NCBI GenBank assembly: GCA_964016885.1
Contig: OZ024745.1
Span: 72,540,001-72,604,000, forward strand
Reading direction: 5' to 3'
Origin: Eledone cirrhosa
Taxonomy: Eukaryota
Length of the DNA stretch: 64,000 bases
The position numbers and the translations under genes were made by a program. The stretch's first letter is position 1. Every line of letters starts with the position of its first letter. Shown in pieces: positions 1 to 16,214 of the stretch. The notes beneath the pieces are model-generated. The model made no database searches. It was given only the letters and a program-made list of their open reading frames with translations, and was not told where the DNA came from.

Positions 1-53
1 TGAGTACTTTGGTGCGTTATGGTCCACCTGGTTCCTTACCACATTTCCTTCGT
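1..53 (+). mobile_element. 3' tail of TA-embedded HHR element family F1 (window-truncated)
   Basis: TGAGTACTTTGGTGCGTTATGGTCCACCTGGTTCCTTACC matches tails at 593-646, 26308-26362 and 32280-32333; abuts (TA)n. Confidence 0.75.
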
Positions 54-1000
<947 letters not shown>

Positions 1001-1282
1001 CTTCTCTATACGTGTGTGTGTTCATTTCTATATATAGTCCATATTTACCTATGCTGCGTCAGGTAATTTCTAATTACTTCCCTTCTGTCATAAACTAGAC
1101 ATGACAAACACAATGTATTTCATGAGATATGATTGTCGCCCCGTAACCATATCACTGATTACGTTCACCATCCCACACATAATTCTGCTGAACAGCGTAC
1201 TCACTCACTCACACACATGCGAATATATATGAAGATATTTTTTGAAGTAATATTCTCAACGAAGAAATTATTATATAACGCT

Positions 1283-1387
<105 letters not shown>

Positions 1388-1521
1388 TGTATAATTATAT
1401 ATATATATATATATACGTATATATAATGGAAAATTTGAACAGGAACAAAACAGAGAGGCAGTACAACGAATGTTTATTAATTTCACGCTATATATATATA
1501 CGTACGTATATATATATATAA

Positions 1522-1586
<65 letters not shown>

Positions 1587-1676
1587 TATATACGTATATA
1601 TATGTACGTATATATATATACATATATATATACGTATATATATATATATATATACGTATATATATATATATATATA

Positions 1677-1895
1677 ACCTTGGTCTTCCTCTTCTAGTGT
1701 GTCCATGTAGGGGCTCCCAAAGGACCACTCCTCTCTGTCACTTTTGAGCTGACCTTTAAAATGCTCCCATACAGCTCTGAGTTTTTCATTCTCAGTGTAC
1801 ACTGATTAATGTTCAGAGCCATCCTCAGCATTCTCGTGTAGCACCCATCCACCACCTGAGTAAGTTTCTTGTTCAGTGTCCAAGTCTCAGACCCA
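1677..1895 (-). mobile_element. RTE-clade LINE RT C-terminal fragment
   Basis: Minus-strand translation [30 protein letters not shown]...[14 protein letters not shown], typical RTE post-RT motifs; related copy at 48300-48570. Confidence 0.8.
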
Positions 1896-2960
<1,065 letters not shown>

Positions 2961-5426
2961 CTCTTTTACTTTTTACCTGTTTCAGCCATCCGGCCGAAAC
3001 AGTTTGGCCGCTGGTGTAAGAGGTAGTTTGTTGCTGCTGCCCTTAGGCTTCCCTCGTGCCTTGCTGTGGGCTCATCCGGGATCCTGGATAACAAGGTGTC
3101 GAGATGTTTCTTGAAGACATCCACCTCCACGTCATGCAAATCTCTCAGATCCCTCGGCAGCTTGTTGAAGAGTTGACGGCCCTTGAATCCCAGGCTATTG
3201 CAATACCTGCTCCTTATTCTAGATGTGGAAGACGGAACCTTTGGCACCACACAGTGACGTGCTGTTCGACGGTTGGTCCAGCTCTTAATGCCAAAGTTTG
3301 GTGCTAGTCCCTCCAGGATTTTCCACATGTAGATCACTGCGTATCTCTCCCATCTTCGTTCCAAGGAGTAGAGGTTGAGTTCCTTCATCCTCTCCCAGTA
3401 GCTTGTCCCCTTCATCGTGGCAATCCTCTTGGTGTAGCTTCGCTGGATTGCCTCAAGCTCCGTGGTTAGTTTGACACTATGGGGTGACCACAACTGGGAG
3501 CAGTAGTCCAGGCGGCTTAAGACAAATGTCCTCCATAGTGTGAACTTGGTGTCTCGGTCTCTTGTTTTGAAAGTCCTCAAGATCCAGCCAGGGAGTCGTC
3601 TGCACATTGTCGCCACTTTCATGATGTGTGAAGAAAAAGATGCATCATCGCTCATGTCTATGACCAGGTCTCGTATCGATTTTGACACGGGGATATCGGT
3701 CCCTCCTGGTCCTGTGTAGTTGTGTTCTACTATATTTGTGTTTGCAGGTTTGTTTGGAGGTTTGTATTGTAGGGCTTGGAATTTGCCAGCATTAAACTGC
3801 ATGTTGTTTTCTTCCGCCCATTTGTATATGGTATCCAGATCCTGCTGTAAAAGGGCAGCGTCAGCCGGGTTTTTGATTGCCTGTGCTACCTTAGTGTCAT
3901 CAGCATAGCTAGTGAGGGATGTTGGTGTATGTACTACAGAGGGCATGTCTGAGAGAGCCACCAAAAACAGTAGTGGTCCCAGGACTGTCCCCTGGGGCAC
4001 CCCACTTGTTATTGGTGTTTCCTTTGAGAGGGCCCCATTTGCTGCGACTGCCTGGCTTCTGTCCTTTGCCACTCACCTACTTTTCCAGTTATGCCGAATC
4101 CGTCTAGTTTGTGACATATCATTCCATGGTCGACCTTGTCAAAGGCCTTCGCAAAGTCAAGATATATCACGTCCACATGTGAGCTGTCTAGTAGTTATTT
4201 CAGTACCCAGTCGTAGTGATGTACCAGCTGTGTAAGGCAGCTTCTTCCTGGGCGGAAGCCATGTTGCGTGCTAGTCAGGCGGTCATTTTCCTCGAGGAAA
4301 GTGATCAGTTTCTTTCTGACGACTCGCTCCATGACCTTACTGATATGCAACGTCAGGGAGACTGGCCTATAGTTTTTGGCCTCCGCTCTGCTACCTCCTT
4401 TATGGATAGGGTATATTGTACCTTCTTTCAGCTCCCTGAGTAGTACACCGCTAGCCAAGGAGCTTCTGAAGAGCATCTTCAGTGGAGTTGCTAAGGCCCG
4501 CTTACATATTTTTAAGTTAACTGCTGGGAATCCATCAGGTCCAGCAGCCGAGTCTGTTCTAATTTCATCAATGGCGTACACCACATCCTCCTCCGTTATG
4601 TCTATGTGGTTGATGGTTGCCATTTCTTCATGTAGTGTTGTGGCATCAAAGAACTCCTCTGGCTTCGTTATTTGCATGTGCCTCAGTGGACATGTGAACA
4701 CCTCTTTTGTACTGTTCGTTCAGTATTTCACATATCTCTTGGGGGTTTTGGTTAATGAATCGTCCGTATGGAAGAGTGGCCCAATCTTGCAGTGTACCGA
4801 GGCAGTTTCTTTTGCAAATTTAAAGAAGGCCTTAGGGTTTGTTTTAATGTTTTCTATGGCCCTGTTCTCTTTCCTTGCCCTCTCATTTTCATGGGAAAGT
4901 TTGAGTGCAATCTCGGTGCCAAGTAGTGCACATTTGAAATAGGATTCCTTCTTGTTTTTGTTTTCTTGTTGACTATTCAACTGGTTTTAGAGCTTGGTTC
5001 TACGTCTCATGAGGATTTTCCTATCTCTGGGAATAAGATTTTTGTGTCTGTTTGCCTTTTTCTCCGGGACAAACGTTTTGCATGTATAGTTGTCATGAAG
5101 TGTTGAAATTGTGTGTTAGTGTCTTGTGTGGCGGTGTTTTCATTCCATGTTTGCTTCCGGATTTCTGTCTTAATCTTTTTCCAGTTAGCTTTGTAGAAGT
5201 TAAGGTTGGATAACGTCCCGGAGCTTGTTGGTGGTTATGTCACTGTTGGTTCACTCGGACCGCATATCATTAGCTCTACTAAGTTATGATCCGAGAGAAT
5301 TGTTGGTGTCACCTTTACATTGTGGATGAGCACTTCGTTGTTTGTAAAACAGAGATCCAGGACATTTTCACCTCTTGTTGGGAGGAGTATTGCTTGCTCC
5401 ATGAACAGCCTGTGTGTGAGGGCCAG
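2961..5426 (-). mobile_element. 5'-truncated, frameshifted CR1/L2-type LINE (APE endonuclease end plus reverse transcriptase)
   Basis: ORF pieces [19 protein letters not shown] (APE end), SAAGPDG, NYRPVSLT, QHGFRPGRSCLTQL, SGVPQGTVLGPLLF, YADDTK, SRLDYCSQLWSP; flanked by (TA)n. Confidence 0.92.
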
Positions 5427-5440
5427 TATGTATATATATG

Positions 5441-5475
<35 letters not shown>

Positions 5476-5519
5476 GTATGTATATATATATATATATGTA
5501 TATATAAATATATGTATAA

Positions 5520-5580
<61 letters not shown>

Positions 5581-5594
5581 TATATATATATATG

Positions 5595-5625
<31 letters not shown>

Positions 5626-5700
5626 ATGTGTATATATATATGTGTATATATATGTATATATATATATGTGTATATATATATATGTGTATATATATATAGT

Positions 5701-5767
<67 letters not shown>

Positions 5768-5769
<2 letters not shown>

Positions 5770-6373
5770 CGTTTCTGAATTTGTTTAGCAAGATTCTTTA
5801 TCTGAAATCGTGTGTTGAAACCGATATTGTTATACTTTGGGAGGGTCTACACACAGAAAAGACGCAATGTTTAGACAAATTACAGAGGCAATAAACATAA
5901 AAGAATTACAACCAAAATTAAATAGAAAATATGAGTGGAACAGCAACATCACAACTTACAATTAAGGACAAAATGAAAAGACACACACACATAGAACAAA
6001 CAACCAACCAGTAACATGTAAATAAACAAATAAATAAATGAACATAAACACACACAGACACCCGGATGTGGCGCATGCGCAGACTGAGCACACAACACAC
6101 ACACAGAAACAAAATGGCGTAGGACAGAACAAAGGAGAGGCACAGAAACAAAGAAAGGAATCCCCAGTCACCGAAGAGGTCACAGAGTGTGTGACGAAAG
6201 AACTATGACAATATATAAACAACTATCTGGTTGTGGAACTAACCAACCAACCAACCAACCAGAAATTTATAAATTTATAAATTTATTATAAACTTATTAT
6301 AATAAATTGAATTGAAAGAAGCTGGTGCGTGTGTTTCTTATTGGCAACATGACCCTCCCAAAGTATAACAATA
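5768..6373. mobile_element. TA-embedded element with a short internal inverted repeat
   Basis: ATATTGTTATACTTTGGGAGGGTC (5824-5847) is the reverse complement of GACCCTCCCAAAGTATAACAATAT (6351-6374). Confidence 0.5.
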
Positions 6374-6389
6374 TATATATATATATATA

Positions 6390-6622
6390 AATGAAAGTAT
6401 AGACATTATTGTGAGCGTGAAGCCAACAGTATTTCATAATATATAAGTGACTATAACGTCAAAATGGAAAAATAATTAACGTAACATGTGGGAAAATAAT
6501 TCAAACTCAATTAAAAAGAAAATCAAGACTTAGATTTATCCACAGAATTTTGTGAAATCCAGGGAAAAATCAATAGAGCCTTAACTCTTAATAAAATAAA
6601 GTTTAAATACTCATCCTTCAAT
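6390..6622. repeat. Dispersed TA-embedded repeat, inverted copy at 25870-26122
   Basis: GAAGCCAACAGTATTTCA...AAGTGACTATAACGTCAAA...TACTCATCCTTCAA is the reverse complement of 25870-26122. Confidence 0.75.
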
Positions 6623-6857
6623 TTGGAAAAACTACGCGAAAAGCGCGGCGTCGCGTAACCTAACGGGTAGGTATGCCGGGGGAAACTTGGACGCCGACCG
6701 ACGACGGCGCAAACCACCACCCCACTCTCAAGAGCGTGAAACTAATAAACCTTTGTTCGTACTGCCTCTCTGTTTTGTTCCCGTTCCATTTTTCATTATA
6801 TATATATAGTTATATATATGTGTGTATATATATATATAGTTATATATATATATATAT

Positions 6858-7578
6858 AGTAGAATAATCGAGTATCGAAAAATCGGCGCACGAGTCCACA
6901 ACAAACAAAATTCGATATGAGCGGCAGAGTGCTCCATAATTTGGATAAATCAGAGCTATAACTATCGTTAAAATACCGTCACACACAGAACAATTCTATA
7001 ATCAACCGCACGGTCGAAAATTTGCGATCCGGAAGATTCGGGACACTCAGATAAAAAATCTCAATAAATCAATAAATTAAATGAATGTAAAAAGCATACC
7101 CGGACCCGCTAGGAAGATGTTAAATCTAGCTTCTTGGGTTTCTGTAAATCCTTAAACTGCTCTCTATCAGCTCACATAAAAATATATAAGACTTCTAGAT
7201 ATCAGCGGACAGGAAATTTACTTCTTCAACGAGATTTGTCCAAACGAATGAAATGGCATAACCCAAGCTAAATACGCACATGGAATTCGGCAAGGGAGAT
7301 AACCTCTACATCCGCGAAAACTATTCAGGAAAATGTGGAAATACACATATCGAATAAGAGTGCTCAATAGACATGTTAAAATAAACAGGAGCTATTCATC
7401 ATTTAATAGAATCGACAAAAAATGAACAATAAAATTAACTGGTCAATAGCTAAGTCTAGAGCTAAATATAGTAGAATAATCGAGTATCGAAAAATCGGCG
7501 CACGAGTTCACGACAAACAAAATTCGATATGAGCGGCAGAGTGCTCCATAATTTGGATAAATCAGAGCTATAACTATC
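6858..7578. mobile_element. TA-embedded element with ~110-bp terminal direct repeats (pseudo-LTR-like)
   Basis: AGTAGAATAATCGAGTATCGAAAAATCGGCGCACGAG...CAGAGCTATAACTATC at 6858-6966 and again at 7470-7578. Confidence 0.65.
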
Positions 7579-7771
7579 ATATACATATATAACTATATAT
7601 ATATACATATATATACATATATAACTATATATATATACATATATAACTATATATATATACATATACATATATAACTATATATATATACATATATAACTAT
7701 ATATATATATATATGCATATATAATTATATATATATATACATATATAACTATATATATATATATACATATA

Positions 7772-7815
<44 letters not shown>

Positions 7816-7847
7816 TAACTATATATATATATATATATATACATATA

Positions 7848-7889
<42 letters not shown>

Positions 7890-7917
7890 TATATGTATAT
7901 ATATATATATATAGTTA

Positions 7918-7955
<38 letters not shown>

Positions 7956-8461
7956 TATATGTATATATATATATAGTTATATATGTATATATATATATAA
8001 TTATATATGCATATATATATATATATATAGTTATATATGTATATATATATAGTTATATATGTATATATATATAGTTATATATGTATATATATATAGTTAT
8101 ATATGTATATATATATAGTTATATATGTATATATATATATAGTTATATATATATATATATATATAGTTATATATATATAGTTATATATGTATATATATAT
8201 ATATATGTATATATGTATATATATATATATATAGTTATATATATGTATATATATATATATAGTTATATATATGTATATATATATATAGTTATATATATGT
8301 ATATATATATATATAGTTATATATATGTATATATATATAGTTATATATATGTATATATATATGTAGTTATATATATGTATATACATATAGTTATATATAT
8401 AGTTATATATATATATATAGTTATATATGTGTATATATATATTAATATATATATATATTAA

Positions 8462-8531
<70 letters not shown>

Positions 8532-8551
8532 TATAAAAAATAACAGATTAA

Positions 8552-8602
8552 AGTTTAAGCACAGAATCGCTGCTTTCACCCTTAACAGGATCTTCTGAAA
8601 CT
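8552..8602 (-). ncRNA. Hammerhead-like motif, CAGAAGA core variant (family F2)
   Basis: Minus strand AGTTT CAGAAGA TCCT GTTAA GGGT GAAA GCA GCGATTCTG TGC TT AAACT; same fold at 26750-26800, 31591-31641 and 62216-62266. Confidence 0.6.
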
Positions 8603-9367
8603 AAAAAAATCAATCTGTGAACGCAGAAGTATATATATTGAAAAACGTTGCAATCGAAGTAAAACAGGAAGACGATACTTTGGTTCGTGGAAACGTTCAC
8701 TGGCAAAGAACGGAAAAACGAAGATATACGCCATTATTTGGAGCGGTGAAAAACAATTACACGCAAAGACAAAACCACATCCTCATAAACTTTTCCAACA
8801 GTTTATATATGCCAATGGAGAAGGAAAGAATGTCTGCGATCTATTTGGGGTCATTCATAAAACAGTTACCTGGAGTGTGTAGATGCAAGCTTCTAGCTCC
8901 ATGGAGGAGATTCTGTTCCCTTTATTTGTCGCAGTTTGTTGCCTTTTAATATTTTTTCGACGATGAGTATTTAGTCTCTCGTTCATTTAACTACTTGGGT
9001 CTCAGGTAGAATCCGGAGGGCATTCTACGTTTATGTGACAAAGTTGGGCCTTGGATTTACAGATAAAATCCATCCGATGGACTTACAAACAGTTTTCGTC
9101 TATCTAGTTTCACACACAAAAATAGGAAGGATCTGAATCTATTGTAAAGACGCTTGCAATGGATCGAATCCAGGGCCTCATCATTAGACGCGAATTTTTT
9201 TTATCACTCAGCCATGATCGTGTCTAAATTTATATAATAAACATTTTATAAATAGAGGACATGATGGTCGATTGGGCCGAAGAAATTATTAGGATTCCTT
9301 GGATTCTTGCTATTACTATGAATTCCATTCGTCTAGCACTTTATTTTTGTATGTATACACATGTGAA

Positions 9368-9633
9368 TGGAGGCACGTAGTCTAGTGGTAAGGGTGTTGG
9401 ACTTACGATCATAATGTCGTGGGTTCGATTCCTGGGTTGAGCAAAACACTTCATTTAACGTTGCTCCAGTATACTCAGCTGAAAATGAGTACCGGCAATA
9501 TCTGGAGGTTTAACCCTGTGATGAACTGGAGTCCTGTTCAGGGGAGAGTCTTGTACTCTCAGTCGCTTCATGCCATGAAACCGAGATAAGCACCGGCCAA
9601 ATGAGCCTTCTGGCTCAAGACAGACTTTAAACT
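9368..9633 (+). mobile_element. tRNA-derived SINE family S2
   Basis: A/B-box head (TAGTCTAGTGG...GGTTCGATTCC) and a body matching the copy at 34112-34399. Confidence 0.8.
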
Positions 9634-9646
9634 AAGATATATATGT

Positions 9647-9890
9647 GAAGGCGCGTTGCTTTGTGGTTAGGGTATTCGGTTGACGTAAGGCTGTGAGTTC
9701 GGTTGTGTCCTTGAGCGTTGTGTCCGTCAGCAAGACACTTTATTTCATGTTACTCCAATCCACTCAGCTGGCAAAAATGTGTTGGATCTGTAGTTCGAAT
9801 GCTCAGCCTTGTCACATTCTGTGTCACTGTGAATATCCTCTGAGAACTACGTTAAGAGTACACGTATCTGTGGAATGCTCAGCCGCTTGT
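9647..9890 (+). mobile_element. tRNA-derived SINE family S3
   Basis: tRNA-like head; TGAGAACTACGTTAAGAGTACACG tail shared with 10230-10400 and 14900-15250. Confidence 0.65.
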
Positions 9891-11384
9891 AAAAATGTCT
9901 TACGCCTGCATTAATTGCAAAATATAGTTTATTGGCTACGATTCCTCTAAATTACTTCAACAGAAACACACTTTAGTGAATACAATCATCTCCAGACATA
10001 AACACATATAAATAAGTGATAATACACATGATAGACGGACATTTGAATATGTTTTATTTTGTTTACATCTCTTTATATAAATATTTATATACACCTATAA
10101 ATGTCTGCGTCCGTTTATAAATAAATATAGATGTACGTGATTATATGTCCAAGCTTTCGGTTATTACAGTGATTGCTATAATATTGTGCGTATTTTTGTC
10201 AGTGTGCATGTGTATATATGTACGGTTTGAATCGTTGAAAGCATATGGCTTAATGGTAAGGGTTTGCAACCTTACGCACGTGCGTTCAATTATCGCATTC
10301 CAGTCGGCAAAGTAGACTTGTACACTGACTGTGTCTCGCTGAATCGTTCTGAGAACTACGTTAAAAGTGCACGTCTGTGGAATGCTCAGCCACTTACACG
10401 GCAATTTTACAAGCAATTTACCTCTTAATTAAAAAAACTGAAAACGTAAAACGTCTTTCAATTTCTCGTTTTTCTTTCACATTATTTTCATCTTCTTCTT
10501 CGCGCACTTATTCTTGTTGGGGCAGAGTCCTGAAATACTCCTTCCAGCGGGTCCTGTCAGAAGCAACCGTCTTCAACTGATCCGGCTGGATCCCCTAGCA
10601 TGACAAGCCAAGCTCAGGGATGTTATCCAGCCGTCGTAAGAACTTTTTCTATCGTTTTCGGAAACTCGAACGCAAATACGCTCACGCACACGTGCGCCCA
10701 ACCAACTACGCTAATAGTTGTACGACATTTTGCACAATAGCATCGGCGCCTGAAAGATAGACATGTCCGAGCTTCTTATAAAATATATATACATATTCAT
10801 CATTTCAGTTTTAAATGAACATATCAGACTCTTATTTTTCTTACGCATATAGAAGCACTATAATTACGTCGATATCATTCACCAAACTTCAGATACTAAA
10901 TACTAAAATAATAGCATTTCACTTCACTTCAGATTTAAGTTTAAGGAACTTCCTATTTTCTTTTTATAAATCCTGATTGAATTTTCTTCCTGATAAAAGA
11001 ATTGACAGCAATGCGATATGGATTCTTACTTTAGGCCCCCTTCATATGGCCTACACTGAGGGCGAGAGTGGTGGAAGTGAAATAGGCCTAACCGTTTGAA
11101 CGGTATTTCTTTTATCGATCCCAAAAGGATGAAAGGCAAATTTGGCCCCTGTAGGATTTGAACTCACAGCGCAGAGAGCAGGGAGTGAATATCGCAAAGT
11201 ATTCTCTCCGACACCCAAACGACTCTTATGATAATCCACCGCTCTTATGATCATTTCTAATTTAGACACAAGACTCGCAATTAGGGGTGGGGAGAGTCGA
11301 TTATACCGACTTCTGTACTTTACAAGTATATTACGTTATTTACCACAGAACGACGAATTTAAATGTAATGAGTGATAAGTAAAT

Positions 11385-11570
11385 AACTGTTTCTACTTTA
11401 GGCACAAGGCCAGCAATTACCCAGTGCATTACTGGTACTTTATTTTATCGACCCCGTAAGGATGAAAGGCAAAGTCAACCTCGGCGGGATTTGAACTCAG
11501 ATCGTAAAGGGACGTAATTATGCTGGAAAGCATGGCGTCCGACTCTCTACCGATACTGCCAATCCACCAA
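11385..11570 (-). mobile_element. tRNA-derived SINE family S1
   Basis: Reverse complement of GGTGGATTGGCAGTATCGGTAGAG...GAGTTCAAATCCCGCCGAGG...GTAGAAACA. Confidence 0.9.
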
Positions 11571-12009
11571 GCATTTATCTGACGTTCTAACGGCTCTGCC
11601 GATCCAGCGCCCTTATCTGACTGATAATAAAAGCAAACACTTCCTTCCGGTAATAAATATATCGTTGTGTGTTTATTTCCAGGTGAAAGTGCTGAGTTTA
11701 TTAGTATTTTAGATTTTATTAATAAAACATTTGATACATACGGTTTGACCTTACTAATTGCTTACGTGAAATATTTAACGTTAAGCTACATAAATATTTA
11801 ATTGTAAATACTCTATATGTTATTGTATATCACCGTTAGACGATATTTCTCTCAAGTAAAATTTATTCAAATGATCCGTACATGAGCGAGTAAGTTGTAT
11901 AGTTAATGATTAAATGTTTATTTACAAGATTACAACTGAATCCAATGTTAACAGATACATTATATAAATTAATTAGATATAAAAAATTTGTCATATATGT
12001 ATGTGTATG

Positions 12010-12047
<38 letters not shown>

Positions 12048-12051
12048 CATA

Positions 12052-12440
12052 CAGGGGCCGTGGAACTGAGGGGCCAAGGAGGGCCATGCCCCCCCCCATA
12101 ATTATATTTTTCTCGCCAAATTACCCCCAAAAAAAACAAAAAAACATCTATTTGTATATGCACTACAAATTATGTACATGAAGATATAGCGAGGGGGGAA
12201 GAGTTTGGTGTTAATTGATATAGATAGGGGAATTGGAAGAGAGTTCCGTGTAGTAGATATAGAGAGGGGAAGAGTTTGGAGTTAATTGATATAGAGAGGG
12301 GGATTGGAAGAGGGTTCCGTGTAGTAGATATAGCGAGGAGGATAGTCTGGTGGTAATGAATAGAGTGAGAGGATTGACAGAGATAGGTATTGATAGATAT
12401 AGAGAGGGGGAGAATGGTGTACATGAAGGGGATATAAGTG
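12052..12440. mobile_element. Non-autonomous DNA transposon end (CAGGGG-type TIR) plus GA-rich minisatellite
   Basis: CAGGGGCCGTGGAAC...GCCCCCCCC...CTACAAATTATGTACATG; homologous starts at 15351 and 16923; reverse end TTCCACCGTCCCTG near 17180-17194. Confidence 0.55.
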
Positions 12441-15350
12441 TGGTGGTACGGTTGATATTCTGGAACTGGCAGAGGGCAGGAGGTAAAACAGATCAAGAAT
12501 ACCTTTGGTTGAAGAATATGGACAGCATTCTTTCAAATTTGGAGCTGACCTCGGAGGTATTGAGGGAATGAGTAAATGGATTTGGTGCGTATAGGATGAG
12601 GGGAGAAATAGTGGAGATAAAAGTTGAGAAATGGGAGTTAGTGAGCTTGTTGAGGTCAGAAATGGACAAGGTAAGGGTGTTGATGGTGATGGAGATATCT
12701 ACAAAGATAATTAAGGTGACACTTATGATGGATTGAAATTGATTATTGCTAGAGATGATGGTATCAAGCGGCTCGTTGGTGAGTGTGTTACCACTGGTAC
12801 AACAATCATTAGAGCCACTGCACGACGCTTAGCTGGGTCCAGTGAATTAGGTAAATGTCTGTACCTGTATTTAACCAATGAAAACGTTTCTCTAATTTCG
12901 GCAACTTTGTATCTTTGTATTCTCCAGAAGATGTTATGGCGTGTGAGGATTTAATTGACTAGGCATAGAAAGGTAATGGTTTAGGTTCGGTATGGGGTGG
13001 CATTTTTGGAAGTGTTTAACAGTTGATATACTGTGGCTGTGTGAGACAATCGTGTAGAATGGTCTAATGTTCGTGAGAAATGGAATTTTGGAATGGCCTG
13101 GAGAAAGATGTTAGAATTTTAGGTCATGGTTGATGTCATTAAAGTGAGTGGGTGAGGCAAAAGCGAGAGTCAATGGAAGATTTTTGATGTACGTTTGGGG
13201 AACAACAGCTGGCGGTGATATTGTTGCCTGGTTTGTGGGTTCCTCGAAGTGAAATGATGGGAATGCGGGTTGAATCTCATTAAAGTTAGTGGCGGGAGTA
13301 GTATACGTTAGAAGAGATTATTACATCTATGGTTGCAAAGAGTAGCTTCTATTTGTAACTCTTGAAGAGTGTTGTGATGTGTTTCTTGTTTGTAGATGTC
13401 AGTCTACCAAATCAGGAGTTGTTAAGTGGTTGCATTCTGTGCATATGGAGTGGATGGTGTCACACACAGAATGCGTTTGTATGACGGGAGGACAGGGAGT
13501 CTGTAAAGTTATGCAACCACATTAAGAGATGGAAGTTAATTTGAAAACCTTGTGATATTATGTCACAACAAGTCTTTATGTGCATATATTTATATAAATT
13601 CTTTCTGACCATTCATCATATGAACAAGTTGGCAGTTTTCTTTCTTTAGAATATTTTCACTAACTAACCCAAGTCTACGAAAAATAAAATATATGTAATA
13701 GGTAATATCCTGATTCAGTCATTTATAAAAGGTTTCGGTAAATAAAAAAACCAGGGAGGTGTGGACACCAAAGCCAGGCTGCTATAGCTAGTATTTACTC
13801 TAAGCTGTCAACATCTAATATAATCCAAATTTCCTCCAAATTTGGTACTACATTACATTACACGCAATGACGTCGTCGGTAATTTATTATGCGCTCTCTT
13901 CCGGGACCTTATGAAATCTAATTAATAGCAGCTGTGCAAGGATTTCAAAAGTTAAATAAGATTTTTTTGAAAACGAAATTTTTTTTTTATTCGGTAAACC
14001 ATCATAGCACAACCTTTTCTGTAAAAAAAAAAGAAAGTTAGATGTTCAAAACATTATTTCGATTATATGATTGCTGTCAGAACAATGATTTTTAACAGAT
14101 GACAACAGATGTTTGAAGTTTCTTCTTTTTCTTCTTGATCTTAATCATAATCATGATCATCACCGTCCCCACCCCTCTTCTCCCGTTCTCATCAATCAAG
14201 TTAATGCTTTATTCTAATGTTGGAACATACTCAGTGGAATATCTCAATCTAAAACACAGCTGTGTGTATGCGTTTGAGTGCATTTGTGTATGTGCCTGTA
14301 CGTTGAAAAAAAAACTAACTACTTTAATCTCTTCTACTTGAAATGCATGTATCTTCAATATTAAACACTGGTACCCATGTAGCACGTATTAGCAGAATCG
14401 TTAAAATGTCGTGGAAAATATCTTGGGGGTATTGAATTACGTTATGAGAATAAAATCTCTAGAAATTAAATTCTCTTTTCATTCCTCTGGGGCTGTTAAA
14501 ATAAAGTTATAGTCAAGTACCAATCAACTATGATCTATATAAGTGACCATACCACTCCCCAAACTTTGAGATTACGTATTTGTCTTAGAAATCAATAGTA
14601 ACTACTAACAATGGAGTAACTATTTATGTATTTCAAGTTTTATTCTTCGTAGGTTTTGTTTTTCTCATTAGATTCTCGCTGTCTTTTACCAGGATAGATA
14701 CAAAGAACTATACGCTTTCTCTATAAATGAATGGCGTTTGTTAGTATAAACAAATTCTATGAAAGAACGAATAGACACGATTATAACTAGATGCTTCGTG
14801 GTACTTTGTCTGAAACTCTGACAATCCACAGCCCTTAGAAATTCCATGACTTACAATTTTTAACTCCTCATTGTCTAGAAAGAGACAAACAAATCACTTG
14901 TAGCATGATTGACTGGTTAAGAAGCTTTCTTCGGAAACATAAGATGCCGCGTCGGGGCCACTGCGCGACACATTAGGCAAGAGTAATTTACCATGAAACC
15001 GGGTAGATGTATGCTTAGTGAATGAACTTGGCTAGATAGAAACTGTTTAGAAGCCCGTCTGATGAACTGTAGCTGTATTTCAAAAATCCAGCCTTGTCAC
15101 ACGCTCTGTCATACTGAATTTCCGAAGGAATTACGTTAAGAGTACACGTGTCAATGAAATTTTCAGGTACATACGTGTTCCATTTCCGAGCAAGCTGTTC
15201 CGTTGGTTAAATAACTGTACTACTCATCGTCGAAATTAACTGATGTCCATGACACAATTTTCATAACACGAACCTAAGACTTTCCTAAATATTTTACATT
15301 AAGGGATTCAATGTCAAAGAAACAATCAATCTCCATTACCTTCATATATA

Positions 15351-16130
15351 CAGGGGTGATAGAACAGAAGGGGCCATGGGGGGGGGGGAGCATTCCCTCC
15401 TCCCGCAGTGATCATATTTTTTCCCTCAAACTACCAAAACACTCATCTATTTGTATATGCGCTACAATTTATGTACATGATATGTAGCGACAGATGGGAG
15501 AGATAGCTATAGATATAGAGAAGGGAAAGTGTTGTATGGTTGATGTACAGAGGGAGAGAGTTTGGTTGTAATGAATAGAGGGAGAGGATTAATAGAGACA
15601 GGTATTGATAGATATAGAGAAGGGGAAAGTTTGGTAGTGATGGATAGAGTGAGAAAGAATGAGATAGAGTGTTGTATGGTAGATATAGAGAGGGGTAGAG
15701 TTTGGTGTTAATTGATATAGAGAGGGGGGTTGGAAGAGAGTTCCGTGTAGTAGATATAGAGAGGGGAAGAGTTTGGAGTTAATTGATATAGAGAGGGGGA
15801 TTGGAAAAAAGTACTGTGTATTGCTATAGAGAGACTTAGAGTTTAGGGTTGATTGATATACAGAGGGGGATTGGGAGAGATAAGTGTAGATATTTATCGA
15901 GCGTGAGACTGTATTAGTCTTAGATATAGAGAGTGGGATGAGAGTGGCGGTTTCGTGGTGGATGTAGAGAGGGGTAGTTTGGTTTTAGAAGATACAGCGA
16001 GGGGTATTAAATGAGAGTTTTGTGTGATAGAATAGAGAGGAGGAGAGTTTGGTGGCGCTCTCGGGTCCCAAATAATAGGAGGGATGGAAATAATGGGGTG
16101 GGGGCTTGTGAAATCAGTAATTGTATAGTG
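15351..16130. mobile_element. Second copy of the CAGGGG element with GAGAGGGG-AGAGTTTGG minisatellite
   Basis: Homologous to 12052-12440. Confidence 0.55.
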
Positions 16131-16214
16131 TACGTTCGTAAATATGGGATTTCTTGTAATGTTCTTCTTTTGTCATATATAATGTTTTTTTTTATTATTA
16201 TTATTAGATTCTGA

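Noticed and set aside
8617-8949. 110-aa non-repetitive ORF as a possible first exon
   Set aside because: It starts inside an F2 repeat, has no recognisable domain, and I found no splice link to the ADAMTS-like exons
9368-9440. tRNA genes at SINE heads
   Set aside because: A and B boxes are present but there is no full cloverleaf, and the sequence continues into SINE bodies
12450-13550. Possible decayed retroelement coding sequence on the minus strand
   Set aside because: No diagnostic motif recoverable by eye; needs tblastx or Dfam
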